64,000 nt of DNA from NCBI GenBank assembly GCA_051294375.1, contig CM119263.1, forward strand, positions 7,270,494-7,334,493. The letters are read 5' to 3'. A program made the position numbers and the translations under genes. Shown one piece after another: positions 1 through 12,580 of the stretch. Numbering within the stretch: the stretch's first letter is position 1; the number at the start of each line of letters is the position of its first letter. This stretch comes from Paraspadella gotoi. Taxonomy: Eukaryota > Animalia > Chaetognatha. The notes under the pieces are model-generated. The model was not told the origin of the DNA, searched no databases, and saw only the letters and a list, made by a program, of their open reading frames with translations.

Positions 1-1167
1 GGGTGAGGAGCATGAGGGAGGGGGAGAGATGAGAGGGCAAAGGGAGAGTAGAAGTCAGAAGAAAGTGAGTTTAGTGAAACGAAGAAGGGTAAGTGGACTA
101 TTTTGGTTTGGGGTTCGGCGAGGAACTTTAAAAAAAAGGAGTTGAATAGACCCGAGTCATCATCCCACCGGGAAGTTCGAAATTAAATTTGAGGCTGGGA
201 ACAAAATAGAGGGGGGAAACAGAAGAAAAGAGAAGAGAAGTGAAGAGGAGAGAAGAGGAGAGAATAGGAGAGGAGAGAAGAAGAGAGAAGAGAAGAGAAG
301 AAAAGAGAAGAGAAGAAAAGAGAAGAGAAGAGAAGAGAAGAGAAGAGAAGAGAAGAGAAGAGAAGAGAAGAGAAGAGAAGAGAAGAGAAGAGAATAGAAG
401 AGAAGAGAAGAGAAAGAAAGGAAAAGGAGAGAGGAAAAAAGAAGAGAGAACCCAAATTGAAGGTTAGTTACATTGGAACTATATTGATTGTACTTAGGTT
501 ATATGATTTACTTATAAGTTAAGTTTAAGGTTTATTTAGTATTAATTAACATTGTCTATTTCTTATAGTTTTAATCTACATTGCCTTCTTCTTCACATCA
601 CATTGGTTTTCATGATTATTGTCTACTTCCCATGAATATTTGTATCTGAGATTGGAAATAGTGTTATCTCAAAATGTGGTAACTATTTCTGCTTTATTAC
701 ATGGTTCTAACTTCTAAGAATATAAGGTTATAGTTAAGGTGTTTTACATGTTAGAAATGTTAGGTTTCCAAAGATAGATAAGAAGATTAAAAAAAGAAGA
801 GAAGAGAAGAGAAAAAAGAAAAAAAAGAGAAGATAGGAAAAAAATTACGACGCACCAAAAAGAGACAAACGGTGACAAAGATAAAAGACATTCTTTTTTT
901 TTTTTTAATCCCGCGCATCGCCTCATCGCTTCTCCGACTCACAGCCTCATTCTCTTTTTCGGATTCCCCGCCCCGAAGCGCGCCACGGCTCCGAGCGCCC
1001 CTCCCCTCGAGTCGCCCGCACACCCGTGGCGTCCAGGATCACGCAGCCTCGATGGCACATTTCCGCCCGCGAGCATCGCCGTTGGTCCTTTCCTTCTGTT
1101 TACTCCCTTTCGGGTTACAAATAGGGAAAAATTTGGCTTCTCTCTCTCTCTCTCTCTCCTCTTCTCG

Positions 1168-1202
<35 letters not shown>

Positions 1203-2400
1203 TCTCTCTCTCTCTCTCTCGTTCATTTTTCTTCGGCTACGCAGGAAATAATATATCATTGTATACGGGGCCATAATTTGTACCGAAAGGGAAGTAAACA
1301 GAAGAAAGACCAACGGCATGATTCGCGGGCGAAATGTGCATGCCTCGCAGGTCTGGCGTGATCCTGGCAGCCGCGGGTGCGTGCGGCGACTTCTGAGAGG
1401 GCCTGTGGAGCTCGTGGCGAGATTCTGTGCGCGGGGGATCCGAAAAAGGAATGAGGCTGTGTAGTCGGAGAGTGATTGGGCGAAGTTCGCCGGGATTAAA
1501 AAAAAAAAAAGTGTCTTTTATTCTTTGATCACCGTTGTGTCTCTTTTGGTGCGTCGTAATTTTTTCCTATTCTCTTTTTTTCTTATTTTTCTTCCTCTTC
1601 TATTCTTTTTTTTAATCTTCATATACTCTATCTGTTGAAACCCTACTTTGTATCATGGTAAAACCCTTAACTATAACCTCTTATATTCTTAATTAGAACC
1701 AATGTAATAAAGCATGAAATAGTTACACCACATTTTGATGTAACACCATTTTCCAATCTATGATAGCTATTCGAATAGAGAATGTTATGATAATCAGAAA
1801 TAATACATGTGATGGAGAAGAGGCAATGGTATGATTAAACTATTTAAGAGAATGTCAAATGTTATTAATATAATAAAACCTTAACTGTAACTTATAAGTA
1901 GATATCATATACTAATACATATGTTCCAAGTACTATCTCATATCAATTCATGTTGGTTCTCTTTCTTTTATGTCCTCTTTCTCTGTTCTCTTCTCTTTCT
2001 CTTCTCATTCTCTATTTCTCTTTCTCTTCTCTTTCTCTTCTTCTTTCTTTTCTCTTCTCGTATCTTTCTTCTCTATTTTCTCTTCTCTTTGCTCTCTTCT
2101 CTTCCTCTTCTCTCTCTTCTCCTATTCTCTCCTCTTCTTCTCTCTTCACTTTCTCTTCTCTGTTTCTTCTGATTCACCTCTATTTTGTTCCCAGCCTCAA
2201 TTTAATTTCGAAACTTCCCGCGTGAGATTGATGACTCGGGGTCTTATTCAAACTCCTTTTTTTTTAAGTTCCTCGCGAACCGCCAAACCCAAATACTCCA
2301 CTTACCTCCTTCGTTTCCACTAAAACTCACTTTCTTTTCCTCTCCTCCTCCCTTCCTCTCTCTTCCCTCTCATCCCCTCCTTCCCTCTCCCTCTTCCTCC
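1..2400. repeat. Large inverted repeat: arms ~1-1123 and ~1275-2400, with a ~150 bp spacer containing (CT)n
   Basis: 181-210 aattaaatttgaggctgggaacaaaataga is the reverse complement of tctattttgttcccagcctcaatttaatt at ~2179-2207. 1081-1123 gttggtcctttccttctgtttactccctttcgggttacaaata matches 1275-1315 reversed. Collinearity holds across the whole arm, with many small indels. Confidence 0.92.
226..450 (+). repeat. (AAGAG)n pentanucleotide microsatellite
   Basis: Direct reading of agaagagaag repeats; mirrored as a degenerate (CTCTT)n tract at ~1975-2170. Confidence 0.95.
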
Positions 2401-2540
2401 CCTCTCCCTCCCAATCTCAACCCTTTCTTCCTCCTCTCCCTATCTCCTCCGCGTCTTTCTCTCCTCCCTGCCTCTCCTCCTCCCTCTTCTCTCCCCCTCT
2501 TCCTCCTCCTCCTCCATCTCTCCTCCCCTCATCTTCTCTG

Positions 2541-2565
2541 NNNNNNNNNNNNNNNNNNNNNNNNN
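2541..2565. other. Assembly gap of exactly 25 N. Other 25-N gaps: 16043-16067, 33519-33543, 37884-37908, 51800-51824, 59193-59217. Further gaps: 27691-27700, 37522-37800, 63440-63666.
   Basis: N runs counted directly. Confidence 0.98.
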
Positions 2566-2802
2566 CCTGGAAAGAGATTATGATGCCATATGATAAGTAC
2601 GAGGACTGACCGTCGAGGCACTGGCCCCAAATTAATCACCGTTTTTTCAAAAGGATTTTCAGCTTCGGAGATGATTTTCTTTCTTTTTCTTTTTTTTTCC
2701 TTTTTTTTATTATTCCTTTTTTTTTCTGTCAAAGGAAAAACCGAGGAGGAGGAGGAGGAGGAGGAGGAGGAGGAACAGGCGTTTTTCCGAATCTTAAAAA
2801 TT

Positions 2803-2803
<1 letters not shown>

Positions 2804-2838
<35 letters not shown>

Positions 2839-2892
2839 GCGTCGGCGTCGTCGTCGGCGTCGTCGTCGTCGTCGTTCTCGTCGTCGTCGTCG
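2804..2892 (+). repeat. (GTC)n/(GAC)n trinucleotide microsatellite. Further tracts at ~3760-3802, 15668-15743, 17049-17080, 21300-21352, 27208-27266, 29590-29693, 51645-51778, 52963-53155.
   Basis: Direct reading. Confidence 0.95.
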
Positions 2893-4188
2893 AGAAGAAA
2901 GAAAGAAATATAAAGAAAAAGAAGCCAGAGGAAAGAAGCGGATAAATAGAAAAGAAATGCCGAGGGAAAGAAGAAAAGCGAAGAGAGATAAAAAAAAAAG
3001 AAAGAAAGAAAAATTCCGGGAAGAAAAGAAAAGAAAATGTAAAAGCGAAATGGAAAAATCGAGGAAAAGTGGAACAGCGAAGAAAAAAGGTGACGGGAAA
3101 AAAATGACGTGAGAATTTTTGGGACGAGAGGAGAAAAAAGGAGAAAATTCAGAAGAAATGTACAATGATTATAGAAAGAAGGAGAAATAGAGAAAGAGAT
3201 AGAGAAGAAGAAAGAAAAGTATTATCAAAAGAGGAAAATAAATTATATAATAATGATGAGAATGAAAGCAGTTTTATAACATGATCTCTACCCGGGAATA
3301 AGCTATAGATACGAAAAATTTCATCTTCTATAGTAGAGCAAGAAAGACGAGTGATCAGAGTAAAAGGCTCATGAGAAAAACCGAATAATTAAAGGAACAA
3401 ATAAGATCGATAGATGCACGAAACTCTGGTCGAGAATCGAGAGGGAAAAAAAATCGGAGGAAAGCCAAGAAGATACGCAATAATTAAAGGAAGAATAAAA
3501 AGGGAGGAAAGGAAAGGAATCAAGAGGGAAAAGAGGGAGGAAAGGAAACGGATGGCGGAAGTCAGGAGACATTGGAACCTCGTAAGGGAAAAAATATGAT
3601 AGGAAAAGAGAAAAGAGAAAGAAAGAAGGAAAGAACAAAAGGAACTGAGAACGATGGGTATTTTTTAAAAAAGCAAGAAAAAAGCAAGAAAAAAAAGCAA
3701 GGAGGGGAATGAAGCGAAAAATTTTAAAACCGCCCGACAAGGAAATCGAGGTAGAAAACGATGATGACGATGACGACGACGACGACTACGACGACGACGA
3801 CGATATAGGGAACGAGAATGATTACGGAACTTTATTCCCGCGGCGGACAATCGATGACGTCCAAGCTAAGGCTGGGTTGCGGTCAAAGCCGGTTAAACCA
3901 TCCCATAAAAATACAGACGGAGGAACAGACATTTGTGTAAATCCAAAAATACATTGTACGTTTAATATTTGAATATTACTTAATCCCTAGGCAAATAGTA
4001 GGTTACAGTTAATCAACTTGGCGAAAGTTTTCAAAAACCCAAAGCCACATCCTTTACGCTCATTTAATATGGCAAGCGTCGGACCCGTCCATCTTGATTT
4101 GAGGCCCGTAAACAAATTCCCTTTATAAATCTAACGCGGAAAAGTTGACGTCGACGTGAGCGACGAAATCTCGAGGAAATTTCGAAAC

Positions 4189-4219
4189 CGACGCCAGGAT
4201 TCGAACCCGCGACCTTTCG
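4189..4219 (-). other. tRNA 3'-half / Pol III B-box remnant (tRNA-derived SINE fragment or isolated B box)
   Basis: The minus strand reads gaaaggtcgcgGGTTCGAATCCtggcgtcgg, a perfect B box at 4197-4207 in a variable-loop/T-arm context. No D arm or A box is recognisable upstream. Confidence 0.45.
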
Positions 4220-4622
4220 TCCTCCGCGGGATTTTCATTTCGGGATATTTTTGTGAGCGGATCCGGGGTTTTGATGGAACAGACGCCATGACGCCAAAAA
4301 TCGCGGAACATCCGGGGAAACATCCCTGACATTTTTGACTCTGAATTTAAGGGTAGGAGAGTGAGAGGGGAAAGATAAGAGAAGGAGAGAGGGATAATGA
4401 GAGGAGAAGGAGAGAGAGAGAGAGAGAGAGAGAGATTGAGAGAGAAGAAGAGAGATGAGAAAGAGAGAGAGAAGAGAGAGAGAGATAGAGAGAAGAGAGT
4501 AGAAGAGAGAGAATGATAAAGTAGGGTAAAGAGATATGAATTGACAGACATAGATCCAAAGAAAGGGGGTTTCGAGAGATAGTACAAGTGACAGCGAGAA
4601 TCAAGTGAAGAGGAGAAGAGAG

Positions 4623-4653
<31 letters not shown>

Positions 4654-5232
4654 AGAGATAAGAGAGAAGGAGATAGAGAGTATGAGAGAATAGAGCTCGA
4701 TGAAAAAGTTACGCCATTTGAAGTTTAAGCATAAGCCGCAGGAGCGAAAGAAATTTCTCATTCGAAAACATGAAAATGAAGGAACTTCTGTCCTCGCTCC
4801 TTTTCCCCTCTCCGCCCGCAGAAAAAAAATGGAGGAAGGAAGAGAAGTAAAGGATAGGAGGAGAGGAGGAAGAGGATTTGAAGAAGAAGAGGAATTAAGT
4901 TACATCTTGAGTAGAAGCGAAGAAAGGATCGGAGAAAATGGAGCCAGGTAATGTTGAAGGAAACTTAGATTGAAAGGAACAGAGCAGATGGGAGTTTATT
5001 CGTTCGCGTAGGAAAGAAAAAAGATTTTTTTTGGGAATAGAAAAAAAAATAGCATATTTGTAATGGAGAGAAGTAAAGAGAGGAAGAAAAGAGAGGTTGA
5101 AAATGTGAGGTGAACTGAGAGAGGCGAGGAAAGAGGACGAGGAAAACTTGGTCAGGAAAACTCGATGCGTCAGAGAGAGCGGAAGAAAAGTGAGGAAAGT
5201 AGGTGTGAGGTGAAGAGAGAGAGAGAGAGAGA

Positions 5233-5270
<38 letters not shown>

Positions 5271-7824
5271 TAGAGAAGAGATAGAGAGTAGAAGAAGTCT
5301 CTCGGTCATCAAAGCCTCATTGCTGATGGATTTCCGTAAACGAAGTTGTTTACTCTCTAGCGAACGGCCTTGGTGAGTCAGGGAGATGGGAGCGAGGTGA
5401 GTTAATATGGGTGGCGTGCGGCGCTGGGATTCCGTTCGGGGAATAAAAGGGGATATTCATAAAGAGAAGGAATAAAGTGTGAGTTAAATTATGATTGAAT
5501 TAGGTGCTGACGAGGAAGGTTGAAACTTTAAGGCGAGTTATTACTTAACCTTTTCAGTTAAATTCTCTTAAAGCAGGTCTGTTTATTTTTACTGCAGTTT
5601 TAACCAGAGTCGAGGCGATTCCGACTCGTGGGAACCAATTTGTGGGAGGACGAATTTGAAAGAGAGAGGCCTTGACGATGAGGCGGAGAGGAAGGGAGAG
5701 AGATCGTTGGATGAAGGGAGAGAAAGTAGAGAGTGGGGACTATTACGTCGGGGAGAAGTGGAGAGTGGAGACTCTGACGTCGGGTGGAAGTAGGGATTCG
5801 GGAAAGAGCGACCTTCGCCGAGGAGACGGAGTATCCTTGTGACTATGGATGCGGAAACTGCTCCGTGGAAATCGGGAGAGAGAGTGAGAGAGAGTGAATC
5901 GTGGAAGTGAGAGAGTTGAGAGAGTGAAGGGCTTGAAAGTAGGATGAAAGAGGGAGTAGGGTAAATGGGGCAGATTGATGAGGTAGATGAATGAGAGAGG
6001 TGAATGAGGGAGATGAATGAAGGAATGAATGAATGAATGAAGAGAGGATAACTCGACAGATATCGTCTACAACGTCTACATTGGAACCAAAAAAAAGGAA
6101 AACAACAGAGAGAAAATTAACATAAACAATATAATAAAAACGAAATAATACTATTATAATTAGCCTAGATTGAGAAATATTAAAAAAATATGATAAGTTT
6201 GAATTAGTCAAAGAGCAACCGATTACTTGTAAATAAAGAAAGTTGAAAACAAATCAAAGCGAAAGTGTGACATAATTACTGCGAAGAGGAAGAGAAGGAA
6301 AAGCCTCCGCATATAAAACTTTTAACTATTTTGAACCAAATGATTCGCTAAATAAAAACGAGCATCAAATCCAAACTTGGCTCAACTTTTATCGCCGAAA
6401 CTCTCAGCCGCCTCTACCACTTCTAAGACAACACCACTACCAGCCACTGCCACAACCGCCACAACTTCCACTGCCTCTTACACAACCGCCGTTCAACCAC
6501 TGCTACCACCACCACCTCCACCACAACCACCCCAGCCGCCATCACCATCGCCACCCACAACTGTTTCGGAGACGAAGCAATTTCTTCAAAGTCTATTTTT
6601 TTCGTTTATGGTGTTTTGACTGTAAAAAAAAAAGTTAAAAACGCCGAGTTTCGCAATGATTAAAAGTAAACCGAGAAGGCGTGGACAGGAAAAGTGGTGG
6701 AACCCGTTAAAAAAACGACGACGACAGATCGTTAGAGATAATTCCCTAATTTCACGGATGGTGGAGCGCATGAGACTTGTAATTGACGATATTATTAATA
6801 ATGATGCTGCGTCCATGACTTGAAATCGTCCCCGTTTGTTAGGCGGCCAGATAGCGTTATGTATTGAATAACATGAGTAATTTTTATTTTACACAGTTGA
6901 ATGTACCTGTTTGCGTAAAACTTTGATAATGGACGAGAGAGAGGAGAGGTAGAGAGAGGATATATAGAACTATATATAGAATAAGGGTCGGATACACATA
7001 ATGCACATATATTTTCAAAATATGTTGCCTGTCCGGTGTTCCTTTACCTAATGTCGTTTTTATTTAGGATTTCACGAATAAAATTCCAAAAATATTCCAG
7101 GATCCACTGGATTTTTTAACAATTTTAAAGAAATCTTCCATTGCGGAATCTGTGATTGGGTGGAAATTTTGTTCCACGTGAACCAATCGATTCCTTCGTT
7201 TTTTGTTTTTATTTTTATTTTAATAAAAGCACTTGTTTCTTTGGTTTAGCAAAGGGGGGGTGAAAAATTTTTACGTATTTAAAAGATTATAAGATTTATG
7301 AAAACAAATCAAAGAGAGAATACAGTGAGAAAGAAATAAGTAAAGGCCCCTGACCGTTATCGATATAAACTGGACTTATCTCTCTACTCTTCTGCTTTCT
7401 CCCTCTTTCCACTATTCTTCTCGTATTCATTCTGCTGTTACAATCTATCTATCTAAACCCACGTCCCAAAATATGAGTCGACAAAAAGTTTCCAAAACGT
7501 ATTTTAATGAGAGAAAATAGTAAACAAGTTTCAGACAGGGACACAGATCGCACGTTCGGTCATAAAAACGAATGAAAACAAAGAAGAGAAATTTGTACTT
7601 ATCGGGGTCAACAAGGGAATAGAAGAAGGAGAGACAGGCTACCATTATTCTTTTCACTGGTTCTTCTCACTTATTTAAAAAATCTAAGTAATTGGAGCTG
7701 GCCTCGACTTGTTCGGGTGACTTTACCGAGAATGGGCCGTATGATTGTGATTTCAAATGTTTGTGTTATTACAACAATGATTAAAACAGTTCATAAATTC
7801 AGGCCATAATTAAGGTCCACATCG

Positions 7825-7865
7825 CTGAAGAAGACTCTATAAGTACTAGATGTAAGAAACATGTA
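7825..7865 (+). ncRNA. Degenerate minimal hammerhead ribozyme motif (Penelope-type)
   Basis: CTGAAGA (7825-7831), imperfect helix II gactcta..tagatgt, then GAAA CATG TA (7856-7865). It has the same GAAACATGT palindromic helix III as the motif at 42680. Helix I is poor. Confidence 0.4.
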
Positions 7866-8841
7866 CAACTTCTTTTGGCAATTACAATCGTCGTTGCATT
7901 ATAAGAACTTTTTTTCCTTTAAAAACACGAAACGAAAAATCAATCATAACAAAGACCCCACAAATCATAAAAATCAACATTGAATATATAAAAGAACGTG
8001 CCGTTAAAACCGTAACAATGTACGTAACTGTAGTGCCCCTTGACTCGTAAAATCAGATTCCTAATACAAAAAATAATCAGATATTCCCGGTTTGCAAACG
8101 TTTTTTCTCGAGAAACGGGGCGAAAGTAAGAATGCCGATATTGAATATCACGGACGTCGGACGTGTGAGCCCTTTTTCCTCCCTCTAACGGTCATTAGCC
8201 CATACGCAGTCACGACCGGTAAATGCCATCCACGCATAAAACATTGGGTCAAATTTTTCGCATAAACGACCGAGTAAAACAAAAAGATTACGGAATCTTT
8301 TTTTAGCTCTCTTTAACTTCGTCGTCGTGTGTACTTCGTTCGTCGTATTTACGCCGAAACTATTTGAGCTTACCGAAAACCACATGACGGAACAGACTAA
8401 TCAGAATACTTCGGAGAAATCTAAAATTTATGGTCAAAGTCAAAAAACGAAAAGTAAAAACCGTTAAATGTTGTTTTTAAGGATTTTCATTAAGAAAACT
8501 GGTTCTCCATTTCGTGTGGGCATCCGATGAGACAGTCATCCATTGAATTTCCAGTAACAACGAGTTGAAGATCTTTTCATCCTATTGAATTTCCGCCAAT
8601 ATGCGAAACGAAAATTGTTCCAGGGTGGAAATTAATAAATGGAAAAGATAACTTAAAATCGTGAATTCCAAACGCGTTAAATTTTCAAGAGTTTTTCGAT
8701 GCTTAGTAGTTTCACTTGAATCTCACTGTCTGCCCAAGAAGATCCGTATTTACTGCGAAAATCTTTTTTTTTGTCGGGTCACGTCCGTGGAGAATTTTAA
8801 TAGTTTTAAATAACGATTTTAAATTACAAATGGAAATATTG

Positions 8842-8888
8842 GACATGTTTAGTACGTCGAACTCTGTTTTGTTCGAGTCTTCCATCAG
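8842..8888 (-). ncRNA. Degenerate minimal hammerhead ribozyme motif (Penelope-type)
   Basis: The minus strand reads CTGATGGA agactcgaac-aaaacaga-gttcgacgtac TAAA CATG TC. There is a clear tcgaac/gttcga helix II, but the core has an insertion and GAAA>TAAA. Confidence 0.35.
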
Positions 8889-10238
8889 CTTTGACAGATC
8901 TAATAATTTTTCAAAATAAAAATAATTTTTACAAAATCCTGAGCCACTGGTCCTTGTCTCATTCTTTGTTTGGAAACTCTCTCTTTCTCACTCTCTCTCT
9001 CTTTATTAAAAGTCTTTTAATTTTCTCTTAGTTTTCTCCTTAGAAACTCACGTTAAACTCAGTTTGACCCGGGTGAAAACGCTTGCCAGAGCTCAAAGAT
9101 ACAAGTAATTATATATGAACTCTTCTCTGGTTAAACTTTTTGCATTGGAATGAAAGGGACAAAGTTGAAGTTAAGCGTGATTTTCCCTATTTAATATTTT
9201 AGAAATCCAGATTTTTCCTTCCATGGTTCCCTAAAAATTGAGGAATAAACTTTGCCATCACTCCTTGTTCTGGAACTCCATAAACATTATCCATAAAGAA
9301 GATCAATACACTTTTAAAAAAAATTCTGGTTCTGTAGGAGATTATCTAGGGTAAGTTAATAAAGACCATAATAAGCACATACTCTGGTTTTAAAGCACGA
9401 TTGACTAAGAGGGTTACGAGGCAATATAATTTTTTCACAAAGATAAAGAACTTATCTGAATGTTTGCTCAATAGTTATTAAAGGTTTTCTTGTAATAATC
9501 ATAGAATTATTTTATTATGTAAAATACTTAATATACATAGTATAAATAGATAATGTATTATGGACTCGAACAAAAGGAAATTGTTCATAGATTATGGAAT
9601 GATGCCATGATATTTTCATTTTAAAAAAAATTTAAACCAATTTTTTTTATTCTACTTTATTGATTTTTGTATAGCTATATTAAATATTAATTTATAAAAA
9701 TGTCATTAGGAAAAAATTTGTTTACACTTTTTTTTGTGTAGCCCCAAAGGTCCGGAAATATCCCGGGACAATCATCATTCTTTGTGCACATCCATGGCCG
9801 ATTAAATCAATGTAAGGAACCGTTGGTAGAATATATATCTATATCTACTATCTATATTCATCTTCTAAAATGATATATTTTAAGAGTTACTAACTTTTAT
9901 GTACAAATAAATATTACTGTTGAGATAAGACCGGTGCAGACCTTTTAATTTATTTTGCTAATATTTCGATTATATATTGAGAAGTCTTTTGTTGCCTTTA
10001 AATCTCATCTTGCATATTATGTAGTTGGTAAGATTATTTTTAAACACGTAATATTCAATATGTCGCTTTACATTTAAAAAAATTAACCTTCAATATACTT
10101 ATTTAGTACATGGAATACCAGAAATCCAGACAGGCGGCCAAAACTGCTGATAATCGATCCGGCCTAATATAATATATATATAAAATCGATATTGCAGAGG
10201 ATGAGAACGAAGGTTAAAAATCATGGGACGAATAGATA

Positions 10239-10275
<37 letters not shown>

Positions 10276-11163
10276 AGAGCCCTTCCGCCTTCAGTTCATC
10301 GCGTCCGCGAGCAACGATAGAAAAAATGATGACGTCTGAAGGGAAAGATGAAACTTACTCGATCGCGAACGGAGATGGAAAGGAGATTAAAAGATGGCGA
10401 GAGTGTGGATTAAAAGATAAGTTCAATTGTTTAATGGACAAGTAAGGCAAAAGGGATGACAAAGGCCAAAGTGAAAACAAAGACTAAAATAAATGATGGC
10501 ATAAAAAAGAAATTTAGTGGAAATTAGTATAATATTATTCTGGTTTTTTTTTCGTTCTTGGAAAAAGAAAGTAAATAGAAACATCGAGCAATTGCAATGA
10601 CCAAAGAAGTAAATTGAAAATTATATTCTTCGATTACAAGCAGAAAATTTCATTTTAAAAATACAAATAATTGCTAACACGGCCTCCTGCGGCAAGATTC
10701 GTCTCTTTAATGTGGCATAAAAACAACAGAGCAAAACGAAAACACTCGTGCTCAATGTTTTTTTTTTTCTTTTCGAAACATTTCTCACTCGATGAAGCGC
10801 ATCGTTTTTTTTTTCTTCGTAACATTTTTTTTGTTTTGTTTTCTTTTTCTGCGCCAGCGACGCCGCCGCAACTTGGCTAAAGACTGGAAATTATTTCCTC
10901 GTATCGCAAACTCCACAATAAGAGACATGTCTTGTCATGCCTCCGGACGAGACGCGTGCCTCTTTCCATGTCTTCGACGAGTCTATATATCCGTGTTTGT
11001 CAAAAAGAGAGTATCTTTATTTTTTTTTCTCTATCGAAAAATAAAATCAAACAAATAAACAAACAAACAGTTTCTGCGAAATCAAAGCAAAGGATTTTTG
11101 TTTTTCTTGCCGACGTGGTAGGAAGCACGATGACGAAAATTGCTTCTCATATTTTCCCGGCGC

Positions 11164-11224
<61 letters not shown>

Positions 11225-11432
11225 CAGAGAGAGGAGAGAAGAGAAGAGAGAGAGAGCGCAACAACATTTCAACTAATTTCTTCGGGTATCTTTCTTACAT
11301 CGGTTAAGAAATTACGGTTTTCCAAACGCGCTCTCCTCTGGATTTTTATTCTTCATTAAGATAAACGGGAAGACCGTAAGACTGTAAGGAGACGGAAGGA
11401 GAGAGAGAGAGAAGAGGAGAGAGAGAGAGAGC

Positions 11433-11491
<59 letters not shown>

Positions 11492-11983
11492 AAACCCCGA
11501 TGAGGAGAAGACCGAGAACAGTGGGTGTGTCTCTTCCCTTTGTGGAATTCTAATGGTCAAATTTCCTGGGGAGAGAAAAGTAAGGACGGAGGTAAAAGGA
11601 GTAGACGAGAAGAACGGTGTAGGTTTGGCAGCGTGGCAACGTGGCAGCGTTGCAGAGTGGCAGCGTGGCACGGTGAGGAGGTCAAAACGTGAGGATGGCA
11701 TAAGGGGGCGTAATTTATTTTAAGAGCGACCTCTGAGAAAAGGGGCGGAACACATGATAAAGAGAATTAAAAAGAAAGAGTGAAAGAAGGATAATGCTAG
11801 GGAGAGATGAGGAGAGAGCGAAATAGTGAAGGGCTTCTCAAAGAGATATCACACTTTTGATATCACGAAAGCAAAGGAAAGAGTGAGGCTTTGTTGGTCA
11901 AGCAGACAAGAAGCTAAAGAAGTGGGAAAAACAGAGAGTGAGAGAGAAAGAGGAAAAAAAAAAAAAAAAAAAAAAAGAGGGAG

Positions 11984-12024
<41 letters not shown>

Positions 12025-12144
12025 AGAGAGGAGAGAGAGAGAGAGGAGAGAGGAGAGAGGGAGAGAGAGGCCGAATTGATTCTCATCAAAACTGATTAGA
12101 ATTTTATGTGATTTGGTTTCGCTTCGAAACGATCAAAGGGGAAT

Positions 12145-12230
<86 letters not shown>

Positions 12231-12474
12231 AGCGGCGTCCTCGGTTGGCGTCAGTCCGCAGAGCGCGAGCCGTGGTTCCATATGGTCCTGGTCTCGGGGT
12301 CCGAGACGAGGTTCAAGTCCGATGTGGGGTTTTAGTCTTGAAGTTCGAGAAACCAAAACGATTGAGTCAAAAAGAAGTGAAAGTAGTAAAACTTTATTAA
12401 AATGAAATTTAGCATATAAAATAAAAAATAAATTTTAGTTATTTAGGTAAAAAAGGCGAGACTATCTAGGAGGA

Positions 12475-12580
12475 CGAGGTGATCAAGAGCGGGTGAGGTG
12501 ATTCAAGGGTGAGTGAGGTGATTAAATGAATGGTGAGGTGACCAAAGGTCTGGTGAGGTGATAAAATGGCGGGCGAGGTT
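12475..12580 (+). repeat. 20-bp-period minisatellite with a conserved GTGAGGTGA core and variable linker (about 6 units)
   Basis: gaggtga/gtgaggtga recurs at ~12476, 12493, 12513, 12533 and 12553, with a degenerate unit at 12573. Confidence 0.8.

Noticed and set aside
4189-4260. Intact tRNA gene
   Set aside because: Only the T-arm/B-box half is present; there is no D arm or acceptor pairing. Kept only as a remnant.
5508-5535. CTGACGA...GAAAC hammerhead-like pair
   Set aside because: Helix II would be only two G-U pairs (ggaaggtt), and there is no credible helix III or helix I.
6377-6619. Thr/Pro-rich 80-aa ORF (mucin/extensin-like)
   Set aside because: It derives from a degenerate (CCA/ACC)n tract, has a non-ATG start and has no splice evidence.
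12285-12330. Hairpin gtctcgg/ccgagac plus a GGTTCAAGTCC B-box-like motif as a tRNA
   Set aside because: It cannot be folded into a cloverleaf and has no convincing A box.
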